Of a DNA stretch of 64,000 nucleotides, positions 49,642-59,481 are shown piece by piece. The stretch spans positions 29,623 through 93,622 of the forward strand of contig CAXMWX010000003.1 in the NCBI GenBank assembly GCA_963422205.2, written 5' to 3'. The position numbers and the translations under genes are program-made. Each line of letters opens with the position of its first letter. Within the stretch, counting starts at the first letter, position 1. The DNA is from Gammaproteobacteria bacterium. GTDB lineage: Bacteria > Pseudomonadota > Gammaproteobacteria > Eutrophobiales > Eutrophobiaceae. The notes under the pieces are model-generated. The model was not told where the DNA came from, ran no database searches, and saw nothing but the letters and a program-made list of their open reading frames with translations.

Positions 49642-52119
49642 ATGCTGTTAGTCAAGCTCGCCTTAAACAGCCTTCGGCGTGACTGGCGCTCCGGCGAGTT
49701 GCGATTGATGGCACTTGCCTTGCTGGTGGCAACGGCCAGCTACACCACAGTCGCCTTTTTTACTGATCGGGTGAACAAGGCCACAAAAATGCAGGCGACT
49801 GAACTGCTGGCGGCCGACCTGGTCGTCGCCTCGCCTGAGCCGATTACACAGCAACTCATCGATCAGGCCACCGCACTGGGATTGCAATCTGCCCGCAGCA
49901 TCACGTTTCGCAGCATGATTGTGGTTGGTGAGCGGCTGGAGTTGGCTGAGGTTAAAGCCGTTGGCACAGCATACCCGCTAAGGGGCCGGATGCGGATCTC
50001 AACCGGCCTGTTCTCGCCTGAAATCAGCACCGATCGCATACCGGCAGCCGGTCAGGTCTGGCCTGATACACGCTTGTTTCAGCTACTCAAGCTGTACCCG
50101 GATGATGTGGTCTCGGTTGGCGCCAGCCGCCTGCAAGCCAGCAAGGTGCTTACCTATGAGCCTGATCGTGGCGGTGATATGTTTGCCATTGCCCCGCGCC
50201 TGTTGATGAACATTGCAGATCTGGAGGCCACTGAACTCCTGGTATCGGGCAGCCGGGCGAGACACAAGCTGCTGCTGGCCGGCGAGGCGGCGGCGATTGA
50301 CAGATTCCGGGCGCTAGTCACACAGGACCCCGGCTTGACAATCCAGGGGATCCGCGATGCCCGACCGGAGTTACGTACCGCACTTGACCGGGCAGAGCAG
50401 TTTCTTGGTTTGGCGGTGCTGGTCAGCGTTGCGCTGGCCGGGCTGGCCATTGCCATGTCTGCCCAGCGCTACGCCAATCGCCATATCGACCACTGTGCAT
50501 TGATGCGCTGCTTTGGCATTCAGCAGCACGCCATCGCTGTGCTGTATTTCTCACAACTGTTTATCCTGGCGCTGTTGTTCAGCCTGCTTGGGGTGATGTT
50601 GGGTTTTCTCGGTCAATACGGTTTATCCGAAATTATGCTGACGCTGGTGGCCACCCCATTGCCCGCCCCCTCGCTCATGCCGTTGTTATATGGTGTGCTG
50701 GTGGGCATCATCACCACCACCGGCTTTGCCGCACCGCAACTGGTGAGCCTGCTTAAAGTGCCGCCCTTACGAGTCCTGCAAAGACACCTGGAGGCGCCGC
50801 GGATCAGTAACCGCCTGATTTACGTTGCCGCGGCAGGCGCACTTGCCCTGCTGATCCCATGGCAGTCGGGCAATGTGAAAATGACGGCTTATGGTTTTGC
50901 CGGCATGGTGGCTACTGTGGTGCTGTTGTTTGTCTTCGCCCGGCTGCTGATCAGGCAACTGGGTAGACTGCGTAAGCGATTAGGCATTGCGATCAAGTTT
51001 GGTCTGGCAAATATTGCCCGGCGTGCCGGCATCAGCACGGTGCAGATCTTAAGCATCGGGCTGGGGCTGACTGTGCTGACCCTGCTGACCCTGATTCGCA
51101 CCGATTTGCTGGCTAACTGGCGCGCAAAACTGCCGGCTGACACGCCTAACTATTTCCTTATCAACATTCAACCTGAAGAGGTTGACCAGCTACGGGCCTT
51201 TATTCACCAGCGCACGGGGATTAAGGTGGCCACCAAGCCGATGATCAGAGGCCGATTGTTGACCATTAATGATACGCCAGTCAGTGCGGATGACTACGAT
51301 GATGCGCGTGCAAAACGCCTGGTGAACCGGGTGTTTAACCTGTCGATAGCGGCCGAGCTACAGGCAGATAACCGATTGGTTGCCGGGCAATGGTGGGGGG
51401 AGACGGATGAGCATCTGTTCTCTTTTGAGGAGGGCTTTGCCGAATCATTGCGCCTTAAGATCGGCGATAAACTCAGTTTTACTATTGGCGGCAAGGAAGT
51501 CAGCGGCACGGTGCATAACCTGCGCTGGGTGGACTGGGATACGTTCAATGTGAATTTCTTTGCCGTGGCTAACCCGGGCACGCTGGATGGGCTGGCGGGT
51601 ACGCATATCACCAGTGTATATCTGGATGTTGCTGACAAACCGCTGTTGGTTGAGCTGCTGGCTGCCTATCCGAGCGTTACCGTGTTTGATGTGGATGCCA
51701 TCCTCACCCAGGTACGGACTATCATGAATCAGGTGATCCATGCGATCGAATTCGTCTTTGCGTTCACCTTGCTCGCGGGTTTTATCGTGCTGCTGGCGGC
51801 ATTGCAAAGCACACACGATGAACGCCGCTATGAGTCTGCTTTGCTGGCTGTGCTGGGCGGCAGTAAAACGTATATCCTTGGCAGCAGCGTCATTGAGTTC
51901 GCCTTGCTGGGTTTGATCGCCGGTGTCATCGCCGCCTTTGCTGCCATCGGCCTGGAGTGGCTGCTGGCCGAATACATCTTCAAGATCAGCATCACGCCTG
52001 ATTTTCGGGCAGCGTTGATCGTGCCGTTGTTGTCCATGGGTATTGTTATCCTGGGCGGATTATCGGGGATGCGCTCGGTGTTGTCAGTGCCGCCGATAGT
52101 TACCATCAGCCGGAGGTAA
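49642..52119 (+). CDS. ybbP: FtsX-family ABC transporter permease YbbP-like
   Basis: About 825 aa with two FtsX-type 4-TM modules. The start ATG is 2 nt after the ybbA stop. Confidence 0.88.
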   Translation: MLLVKLALNSLRRDWRSGELRLMALALLVATASYTTVAFFTDRVNKATKMQATELLAADLVVASPEPITQQLIDQATALGLQSARSITFRSMIVVGERLELAEVKAVGTAYPLRGRMRISTGLFSPEISTDRIPAAGQVWPDTRLFQLLKLYPDDVVSVGASRLQASKVLTYEPDRGGDMFAIAPRLLMNIADLEATELLVSGSRARHKLLLAGEAAAIDRFRALVTQDPGLTIQGIRDARPELRTALDRAEQFLGLAVLVSVALAGLAIAMSAQRYANRHIDHCALMRCFGIQQHAIAVLYFSQLFILALLFSLLGVMLGFLGQYGLSEIMLTLVATPLPAPSLMPLLYGVLVGIITTTGFAAPQLVSLLKVPPLRVLQRHLEAPRISNRLIYVAAAGALALLIPWQSGNVKMTAYGFAGMVATVVLLFVFARLLIRQLGRLRKRLGIAIKFGLANIARRAGISTVQILSIGLGLTVLTLLTLIRTDLLANWRAKLPADTPNYFLINIQPEEVDQLRAFIHQRTGIKVATKPMIRGRLLTINDTPVSADDYDDARAKRLVNRVFNLSIAAELQADNRLVAGQWWGETDEHLFSFEEGFAESLRLKIGDKLSFTIGGKEVSGTVHNLRWVDWDTFNVNFFAVANPGTLDGLAGTHITSVYLDVADKPLLVELLAAYPSVTVFDVDAILTQVRTIMNQVIHAIEFVFAFTLLAGFIVLLAALQSTHDERRYESALLAVLGGSKTYILGSSVIEFALLGLIAGVIAAFAAIGLEWLLAEYIFKISITPDFRAALIVPLLSMGIVILGGLSGMRSVLSVPPIVTISRR

Positions 52120-52120
52120 G

Positions 52121-52420
52121 GTGGCGGAGAAGCTCTTTTTCTGTGATTTTCGTGTGCTGGTCCAGCAGCATTACCATGCGCTGGCAGCACAGGCGCCCGA
52201 AGCACACAGCACGCACTGGTTTTTGTTAAGGTATGTTAGAAGGATTGTCCGCTCCTGTGAACAGCCAGCAGCGCCCTGGCGGGTGGAAAGCGCGATAAAA
52301 TCCATGCTCCGGTTTTATGTCGATAATATTGATGAGCAATCAGAGCAGGGCGAGCGTTGCCGGCAAGTCTACCAGGCATATAAAAAAACCGTACGGCAGA
52401 GCCAGGAAGCCGAATATTGA
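52121..52420 (+). CDS. Hypothetical protein (99 aa)
   Basis: GTG 1 nt after the ybbP stop with GGAGG 7 nt upstream. No family recognised. Confidence 0.4.
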   Translation: MAEKLFFCDFRVLVQQHYHALAAQAPEAHSTHWFLLRYVRRIVRSCEQPAAPWRVESAIKSMLRFYVDNIDEQSEQGERCRQVYQAYKKTVRQSQEAEY

Positions 52421-52535
52421 CTGGCCGGACAGCGGCCTTCCTCACCGCCCTCTCACCCGCCGCATCACCATAGAGGGAGCACAGCAAACCGTGTATATTG
52501 TCGCTTTATTTTGCCATCAGACCACACATCCTTAA

Positions 52536-53183
52536 ATGAGCCAACTGCAAAACCTGCTCAATAATAACAAGGCATGGGCGGAGAGAATAACCTCGGAGGA
52601 TGCGGATTTTTTTCGCCGTCTGGCCGAACAGCAACGCCCTGAATACCTGTGGATAGGCTGTAGCGACAGCCGTGTGCCGGCAAGCCAGGTGGTTGATCTT
52701 AAGCCCGGCGATGTGTTTGTGCATAGAAATATCGCCAATCTTGTGCAGACCAGTGATGTGAACTGTCAGGCCGTCATACAGTTCGCCGTTGAAACCCTCA
52801 AGGTCAAACATATCATCGTTTGTGGTCATTATGGCTGCGGGGGTGTGCTGGCTGCCATGCAGCCGGAATCCGGTGGGCTGGTGGATTATTGGGTCTGGAG
52901 CATCAAGCTCACCCGACAAAAACATGCACACTGGTTTAACATGCTGCCGAAAGACAAGCAGCCCGATGTGCTGTGCGAGTTAAATGTGATTGAACAGGCA
53001 GTCGTGCTTTCACAAAACAAGATCATCCAGCGTCACTGGCTGGCCGGCCAGGCATTGTATCTGCACGCCTGGATTTACCGCATCCATGATGGGCATCTGT
53101 GCGATCTGGATTTTAACTGCGGGCCTGGAGAGGATCCCGACACCGCCTATCAGGCGGCCATAGCCAAAATTAAACATGCCTGA
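52536..53183 (+). CDS. can: Beta-class carbonic anhydrase
   Basis: Zinc ligands CSDSRV and HYGCGG. Confidence 0.94.
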   Translation: MSQLQNLLNNNKAWAERITSEDADFFRRLAEQQRPEYLWIGCSDSRVPASQVVDLKPGDVFVHRNIANLVQTSDVNCQAVIQFAVETLKVKHIIVCGHYGCGGVLAAMQPESGGLVDYWVWSIKLTRQKHAHWFNMLPKDKQPDVLCELNVIEQAVVLSQNKIIQRHWLAGQALYLHAWIYRIHDGHLCDLDFNCGPGEDPDTAYQAAIAKIKHA

Positions 53184-54276
53184 ATTTACCGGCCCTGAAT
53201 TTTCTGGCGATGGGCGGTATGATCATGCCGCACCGGCACGCATTGGCATCCTGCTCACCAATCTCGGCACACCCACTGCGCCCACCAGTGCCGCATTACG
53301 CACTTATCTCGCTGAATTTCTGTCAGATGAGCGGGTGATTGAAGTGCCCCGGATGATATGGTGGGGCATCCTGCACGGCCTTATCCTGCGGTTTCGGCCA
53401 GGCAAATCAGCCGCCATGTATAAAAAAATCTGGACTGAAAACGGCTCGCCCTTATTGCGCCTGTCTCAAAGGATAGCGATGGCCGTTAAATCGCAATTAC
53501 ATGACGATAACATGGAGGTGGTGCTGGGCATGCGCTACGGTCAGCCCTCAATTGCCAGTGCGATGATCACGCTGCAACAGGCCAACGTACAAAAATTACT
53601 GCTGCTGCCGCTGTATCCGCAATACTCGGCAACGACCACCGCATCGACTTTTGATGCCGTCAGTGCGGTGCTGCAACGCTGGCGCTGGCTGCCGGAATTA
53701 CGCATGATTCGTCACTATCATACCCATGCACAATATATAGCGGCACTGGTGAAAAGCATTCGCCTGCATTGGGCGGAACATGGCCAGCCGGATAAACTGC
53801 TGTTCTCTTTTCATGGTATTCCAGAGAGTTATTTTCTGGCAGGCGATCCCTATCACTGCGAATGTCACCACACCGCCCGGCTCATCGCCGAGCAAATGCA
53901 ACTGGAAACTGACCGTTGGGCGGTGGCGTTTCAATCCCGCTTCGGCCCCAGAAAATGGCTGCAACCCTACACAGACAAGCTGTTAAGCCAATGGGGCAAA
54001 TCAGGCATTGCACATGTGCAGGTGATCTGCCCGGGGTTTGCTGCCGACTGCCTGGAGACACTGGAGGAGATCAACATGCAAAACCGGCAAGTATTCCTGC
54101 AAGCGGGCGGGGAAAAATTTTCCTATATCCCGGCGCTGAACGATCATCCGCTGCATATCAAGGCCCTGTGCGGGTTGATCGAGAAACACACGCAAGGCTG
54201 GGCAATTAATGAGACCGACACGCAGCGTGAAGAGCGGGCGGCAAGAGCGGCCCGCATGCAGGCAGCAGGCCGTTAG
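53176..54276 (+). CDS. hemH: Ferrochelatase
   Basis: GILLTNLGTP...YLAEFLSDERVIE...LPLYPQYS...FSFHGIP motifs. Confidence 0.95.
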   Translation: MPEFTGPEFSGDGRYDHAAPARIGILLTNLGTPTAPTSAALRTYLAEFLSDERVIEVPRMIWWGILHGLILRFRPGKSAAMYKKIWTENGSPLLRLSQRIAMAVKSQLHDDNMEVVLGMRYGQPSIASAMITLQQANVQKLLLLPLYPQYSATTTASTFDAVSAVLQRWRWLPELRMIRHYHTHAQYIAALVKSIRLHWAEHGQPDKLLFSFHGIPESYFLAGDPYHCECHHTARLIAEQMQLETDRWAVAFQSRFGPRKWLQPYTDKLLSQWGKSGIAHVQVICPGFAADCLETLEEINMQNRQVFLQAGGEKFSYIPALNDHPLHIKALCGLIEKHTQGWAINETDTQREERAARAARMQAAGR

Positions 54277-54326
54277 CCTGGCTAGTGTAAGGGCATCAAG
54301 GATTATCCGAGGCATCTGATTACCGC

Positions 54327-55325
54327 CTATGGGCTATCTATTGGCGGCGACAGAAACGCATTGGAGGCAAAGATGGCGTGGATCATATACAGGCAGATCA
54401 TCCCGTAAATGATGCGAGGGATCCATGCCGCCAACTGCTGTATACTGGCATTGACCTCGGCCCGTGCAAGTTTGCCATAATGAATCAGGCTGGTATCCAG
54501 CCGACCGGCCTGCTCACCGCTGCGTACAAATTCGATAGCCTCATCTGTCATGTATTGATTACCAAGCAGTGCCTCTGTCAGGGTAGCGGATTGATTTTTT
54601 AGCCTGATCATCACGGGATAAAAACTCTGCTGTAGCTTTGTATTGCCCAGGGTATTGACAGATTTCGGCAACGCATCAAATACCGGAATGCCGGCCTGTA
54701 ATAACAAGCCCAGATTCTCAAAAAACCGCACCAGTTCATGTTGAACACACAGCCTGCCGACCAGCGGCAGCTTCAACCATAACGCATCTACGGCGCCCCC
54801 AAGGCCGAGGCCCCGCAGGCGACCGGTTTTTAATGCCCCCGGCAACCTCATCAACACATAGCAAAACAAGGCGACTTTGAGCAAAAAGAAGACCGTGGCA
54901 TGGAGATACCCGCCCGCATCAAGCGTACCGGTCACCAGGCTGGCGATGGGGGCGATAAACACCGCCAGGACAAACACCACGACAGGCAGCGTCATTTTTG
55001 CCTGCATCTGCATCGCCAGCCCGTGGTACAACGCATAGTGCTCTGCCAGCCGCTTGAGTATCTGCTCCAGCTTGCCCCCATCAGTGGCCGCCTGAATCAT
55101 CAGCGTATCCATGTCAGTAAACAAACCAGCGGAGGCACCGGCCACGGCAAACGGCCGACCGGCTTTCAGCTCTGCACAAACCCGGCTTAACATGGGGGTG
55201 AGCTCGGCATTGGCCGAGAGCAGCTGGCTCTGAACAGCCTGGTGCAGTGGCATCCCCGCCGCTTCCATCACCGCCAACTGGCGAAACAGCTCAGCTTTTG
55301 CCTTCAGTAAATTCAGTTTTTTCAT
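54327..55325 (-). CDS. Type II secretion system F-family (GspF/PilC-like) inner-membrane protein, orphan
   Basis: Two repeats of the T2SSF pattern (FRQLAVMEAAGMPLHQAV... and FFENLGLLLQAGIPVFDAL...) separated by TM helices. No GspE/D/pilin genes are in the window. Confidence 0.65.
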   Translation of the reverse strand: MKKLNLLKAKAELFRQLAVMEAAGMPLHQAVQSQLLSANAELTPMLSRVCAELKAGRPFAVAGASAGLFTDMDTLMIQAATDGGKLEQILKRLAEHYALYHGLAMQMQAKMTLPVVVFVLAVFIAPIASLVTGTLDAGGYLHATVFFLLKVALFCYVLMRLPGALKTGRLRGLGLGGAVDALWLKLPLVGRLCVQHELVRFFENLGLLLQAGIPVFDALPKSVNTLGNTKLQQSFYPVMIRLKNQSATLTEALLGNQYMTDEAIEFVRSGEQAGRLDTSLIHYGKLARAEVNASIQQLAAWIPRIIYGMICLYMIHAIFASNAFLSPPIDSP

Positions 55326-55433
55326 GGCCTTGCCGTGGTGCGGGTTGATGTTCTCTTAACTGGCAGAAAAATATTTCCTGTTAAGGGTCTCAGGCGGGAA
55401 AGCAACATTGCCTCTCTCTCGCCCGCCCGCCGT

Positions 55434-55715
55434 TCAGCCCCGGGCGGGTTTTAGGACAAATGGCGCATAATCAATGGCTGGCGATTTTTCCCGCTGCCGG
55501 TTTGCCTGTCTTAACTGCTGCTCAGAACAAGCAATGACCTCCGCCAGGCTGGCAGGCCAGGCTCTGCTGTCAGCCGTGGGGAAAACGGGCGATTGAGTCT
55601 CCCCGGAATGGTCAATGGCATCAGGTACACGCACAGTATTTGACGACTTCATAAACTCAAGCCCGTTTGCACAGGCCGCTTCATGCAGCCGGCCTAAAAT
55701 ATTCATGTACAACAC
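55434..55715 (-). CDS. Hypothetical protein (about 90 aa)
   Basis: ORF between the CULT gene and the T2SSF-like gene on the same strand. No family recognised. Confidence 0.35.
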   Translation of the reverse strand: MLYMNILGRLHEAACANGLEFMKSSNTVRVPDAIDHSGETQSPVFPTADSRAWPASLAEVIACSEQQLRQANRQREKSPAIDYAPFVLKPARG

Positions 55716-55803
55716 CCATCAGCAAACGCCGTTTTTAAGCCTGGCCAGCCGTTGTTATTTTTCAAGCGCTCGCTGTTCGGGCCTCTCAACCGGGCATTAT
55801 ATA

Positions 55804-56229
55804 TCATTGCATCGAAACCAGCCGGTTGAGTATGAGTCCAAAGAAGCGATCGCTGCCTCGAAATAACCAGCCGAGATGCTCATCACATTCCCGACAAAGC
55901 AGAACCTGCCAACGGTACTCAGGAAACCAACTGAAATCACTCACCGCCTCACCCATCGCTGTGCAACCCGGGGCCTGCTGAAAACAGCCAAATTCAAAAT
56001 GAAAACCGGCGGGATTGGTACGCTGGTGGACATGCCGCCCCAGTTTCTCGATTCTAGCCTGGCTATCGGTGATGACCGCCCGACAGAGATGACACAGCAG
56101 CCGGTCCGGGCGTGAACGAGACGGCTGCCGGGCTTTTGCCGGCGCCCGCCGTGTTGCCGTCCTGCTGTCAAACAGCAAAGCGATAAAACCGGCAGGGGCA
56201 GGCATTTCAATTAAGCTGAATTTTAGCAT
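55804..56229 (-). CDS. Cereblon-like CULT-domain protein (bacterial single-domain form)
   Basis: LLCHLCRAVITD (CxxC) ... FSWFPEYRWQVLLCRECDEHLGWLF ... FFGLILNRL aligns by eye with human CRBN [25 protein letters not shown]...FWGLTRSAL, including the three cage tryptophans and both CxxC pairs. The start is ATG at 56229 or 56205. Confidence 0.8.
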   Translation of the reverse strand: MLKFSLIEMPAPAGFIALLFDSRTATRRAPAKARQPSRSRPDRLLCHLCRAVITDSQARIEKLGRHVHQRTNPAGFHFEFGCFQQAPGCTAMGEAVSDFSWFPEYRWQVLLCRECDEHLGWLFRGSDRFFGLILNRLVSMQ

Positions 56230-56326
56230 CAGACCATGATTCTCATGTTTCAAGTATAGCCGTATTTTCAGGCAGGTCATTGCATGACAACATTCCGCAG
56301 CGCTTCTTGCCCATGACAATGATATA

Positions 56327-58393
56327 ATGACCGCCATGATGCCGGTCAGCAAGCTGCTCGCCCTGAGAATGCCCATGCAAATGTCCATGAAGCTACCCAT
56401 GAATATATCCATGGGATTGCCCATCCGCCTGTTGCTGGGTCTGCTCTTTATCCAGAGTTTTACTGTCGCCGCCATGCCGATTGAGCAGCAAAGAAAAGTC
56501 TACCTGGAGGCAAGGCAAGCACTCACCGCCGGTCACATCAAGCAATTCAAGCGGCTGGCCGGCTCGATACAGGACTACCCGCTATACCCCTATCTGCTGC
56601 ACGATTACATGCGGCCACGGCTCTGGAAAATGGCCGATGATGACATCATCCGTTTCCTTAAACGTTATGACGATTTGCCAATGGCGGCCAGGGTACGGCG
56701 TGCCTGGCTGCGGGTGCTGGCGAAGCGAGGGCGGTGGTCGGCCTATCTGGATAACTACACACCACAGACCGACATATCGCTCCAGTGCTATCAGTTACAG
56801 GCCCGCATCAAGACCGGACGTGAAGCGTATCTGCTGGAGGATGCCCGCACTATCTGGCTGGTCGGCGTCTCACAACCGCCTCAATGTGATGCGGCATTTG
56901 CAAAACTCTACCACAGCGAGTTGATGACCGATGAGTTGATCTGGCAACGTATCACGCTCGCCATGGATAAAGGCAACATTGCCCTGGCCGGGTTTCTCAG
57001 CCGCAAGCTGCCTGAACAGCAACAGCGCTGGATGCAACGCTGGATAAGCGTGCATCACAATCCCGACAAGGGGATGCGAAATATTCGCTACCAGGATACC
57101 CCCGTCAGCCGGGCTATCCTCGTTCACGGTATGCGGCGGCTGACACAGATCAGCATTGACAAGGCCATCGCCCGCTGGGCGGCAATCAAAGATCAGTATG
57201 CCTTCAGCCGGGAGCAGATCAATGCCGTGGAGAAGGTGCTGGCCTTGAGGGCAACGGCCAGGCATCACCCGGCGGCAATCCGGCTATTGGATCAACTGGA
57301 TAAACGCCTGATTGATGCAGATTTATTTCAGTGGCGTTTGCGGGCCGCATTACAGCAGGAAGACTGGCTGATGTTAAAGAACTGGACTTCAGGTGCTGCC
57401 CCAAATGATGAGATAAACACCCGCTGGCTGTTCTGGCATGCCCGTGCCTTGCAGATCATGGGCGATGAGCCACAGGCACGCAAGATATTCGCAAAGATCG
57501 CCAGGGAGCGTGATTACTACGGCTTTCGAGCCGCCGATCGCCTGCAAAGCCGCTATCACCTCAACCATCACCCCTTGCCAGAGGATCTGGAAGCCTGGCA
57601 TCAAGTGATGCAGCGCCCGGCGCTCATTCGGGCACATGAATTGTATTTACTCGGCCAGAACTCTTCGGCCCGGCGTGAATGGCAGCATGATCTTAAATCA
57701 ATGACCACCTACCAGATGCAAATCGCCGCCAACATTGCCGCCAGCTGGGGCTGGCATGATCGTGCCATCCTGACGCTGGGCAAGGCGAAAGCCTATGATG
57801 ATCTGGTGTTACGGTTTCCGCTGCCCTATCAGGGACGCATTCAACAATACGCTGAGAAACGTGCGCTTGATCTTGCCTGGATGTATGCCCTGGTGCGGGC
57901 AGAGAGCGCCTTCATTGAAAAAGTACGCTCGCCAGCCGGGGCGCTTGGCCTCATGCAGGTGATGCCAGAGACCGGAAAAGAGACGGCAAAATCTATCGGT
58001 TATCAGCAATTTCATACCACCATGTTGCTGGATGAGGAGCATAATGTGGCCATCGGCAGCGCCTATTTGCAACACATGTTTAAGCATTTCCAGCAGAATT
58101 ATGTGCTGGCCACGGCGGCTTACAATGCCGGGCCGGGCAATGTTGCCCGCTGGTTGCCCAAACACCAGTGTGAGGACCCGGAGATCTGGATAGAAAAAAT
58201 TCCGTTTTCAGAAACACGTAAATATGTTCGCCGCATCCTGTATTATGCCAGCATTTACGACTGGCGATTGCGGCAGCAGATTATCCCCTTAGGGCAGAGA
58301 ATGCAGCACAGCATTCCAACAAAAAAGCAACTCGTTGCTAAACTGGCGTGCAGCCGGCCGGCCGATCATACCGTTGCCTCGATCACACCATAA
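56327..58393 (+). CDS. slt: Soluble lytic murein transglycosylase (Slt70-like)
   Basis: Catalytic VRAESAF...GLMQVMP...AYNAGPGNV motifs after a long superhelical domain. The true start is probably ATG 56411 (MGLPIRLLLGLLFIQSFTVAA signal peptide). Confidence 0.92.
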   Translation: MTAMMPVSKLLALRMPMQMSMKLPMNISMGLPIRLLLGLLFIQSFTVAAMPIEQQRKVYLEARQALTAGHIKQFKRLAGSIQDYPLYPYLLHDYMRPRLWKMADDDIIRFLKRYDDLPMAARVRRAWLRVLAKRGRWSAYLDNYTPQTDISLQCYQLQARIKTGREAYLLEDARTIWLVGVSQPPQCDAAFAKLYHSELMTDELIWQRITLAMDKGNIALAGFLSRKLPEQQQRWMQRWISVHHNPDKGMRNIRYQDTPVSRAILVHGMRRLTQISIDKAIARWAAIKDQYAFSREQINAVEKVLALRATARHHPAAIRLLDQLDKRLIDADLFQWRLRAALQQEDWLMLKNWTSGAAPNDEINTRWLFWHARALQIMGDEPQARKIFAKIARERDYYGFRAADRLQSRYHLNHHPLPEDLEAWHQVMQRPALIRAHELYLLGQNSSARREWQHDLKSMTTYQMQIAANIAASWGWHDRAILTLGKAKAYDDLVLRFPLPYQGRIQQYAEKRALDLAWMYALVRAESAFIEKVRSPAGALGLMQVMPETGKETAKSIGYQQFHTTMLLDEEHNVAIGSAYLQHMFKHFQQNYVLATAAYNAGPGNVARWLPKHQCEDPEIWIEKIPFSETRKYVRRILYYASIYDWRLRQQIIPLGQRMQHSIPTKKQLVAKLACSRPADHTVASITP
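56372..56425. repeat. Five YCCATS motifs at exact 12-bp spacing (56372, 56384, 56396, 56408, 56420)
   Basis: Read directly: gCCCATGcaaatgTCCATGaagctaCCCATGaatataTCCATGggattgCCCATC. The first four units contain CATG, and together with further sites in 56327-56383 this makes nine in-frame ATGs in 87 nt. Confidence 0.8.
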
Positions 58394-58410
58394 ACCAGCA
58401 ACACCAAAAA

Positions 58411-59409
58411 ATGCAGATAAGAGAAATTGTTATCCTGGGCGGCACTGGATTTGTCGGGCGCACGCTGGCCAACCAGTTATATCAGGCCGGTTATGCCATC
58501 AAAGTGCTCACCCGTAATCGGGAAGCACGGCGCCGGGACCTGCTGCCCATCCCGTCTTTGACGCTGGTGCAGGCAGATATTCACGACCAGGCCGAGTTGA
58601 ATGCACAGCTGGCCGGTGGCGATGCCGTGATTAATCTGGTGGGCATATTGAATGAGCGGGGCGGCAGCGGCCAGGGCGCTGGCGAGGGCTTTCGTCATGC
58701 CCATGTTCAGTTGAGCGAGAAAATCATCGCCGCCTGTCAGCATAATCATATCCGGCGGCTGTTGCAGATGAGCGCACTCAATGCCGATGCAGCTACCGGC
58801 AGCAGCCATTATTTAAGGAGCAAAGGGGAGGCTGAAGATCGTATCCATGCGGCGGATAATATTGATGCCACCAGTTTCAGACCCTCGGTGATCTTCGGGC
58901 CGGGCGATGCTTTTTTTAACCGCTTTGCTCACCTGCTGAAGGTAAGCCCGCTGGTTTTTCCCTTAGCCTGTGCTGAGGCGAGATTCGCCCCGGTGTATGT
59001 GGGCGATGTTGCCCGGGCCTTTGTCCAGACATTGCATGATCCGACCAGCTATGGCCAGCGTTATGCTCTGTGCGGGCCCAGGCAATACACGCTGCTGGAG
59101 TTAGTCACGCTGACCCGGCAGTTATGCGGCCTGAACCGGCTGATTATTCCGCTGCCCGATGTGATCAGCCGCTTGCAGGGGCTGTGCTTTGATCTGTTCG
59201 GTTTCTGTTTCACCCTGCTTGGCATGGAAAAACCCTTCTCTACCGATAACTACCTGTCAACAAAAACGCCCAGCATCGCTGCCGAGAACGGCCTGCTGGA
59301 ACTGCATATTGAACCTAAGAGTCTTGAAGGCATCGTGGCCCAGTATATGTCCGGCACATCAACACGAAACCAGTACGATCAGTTTCGCCAGCAGGCAAAA
59401 CGGGGATGA
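58411..59409 (+). CDS. NAD(P)-binding SDR, epimerase/dehydratase-type (NDUFA9-like)
   Basis: ATG at 58411 gives MQIREIVILGGTGFVGRTLANQL, a Rossmann GxxGxxG motif. Confidence 0.75.
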   Translation: MQIREIVILGGTGFVGRTLANQLYQAGYAIKVLTRNREARRRDLLPIPSLTLVQADIHDQAELNAQLAGGDAVINLVGILNERGGSGQGAGEGFRHAHVQLSEKIIAACQHNHIRRLLQMSALNADAATGSSHYLRSKGEAEDRIHAADNIDATSFRPSVIFGPGDAFFNRFAHLLKVSPLVFPLACAEARFAPVYVGDVARAFVQTLHDPTSYGQRYALCGPRQYTLLELVTLTRQLCGLNRLIIPLPDVISRLQGLCFDLFGFCFTLLGMEKPFSTDNYLSTKTPSIAAENGLLELHIEPKSLEGIVAQYMSGTSTRNQYDQFRQQAKRG

Positions 59410-59481
59410 CATCCAGCACCAAGCGGCTTTGCAACATTGACAGATAACCGTTGGGCAAGATACAGATCATAACGCAACCGT

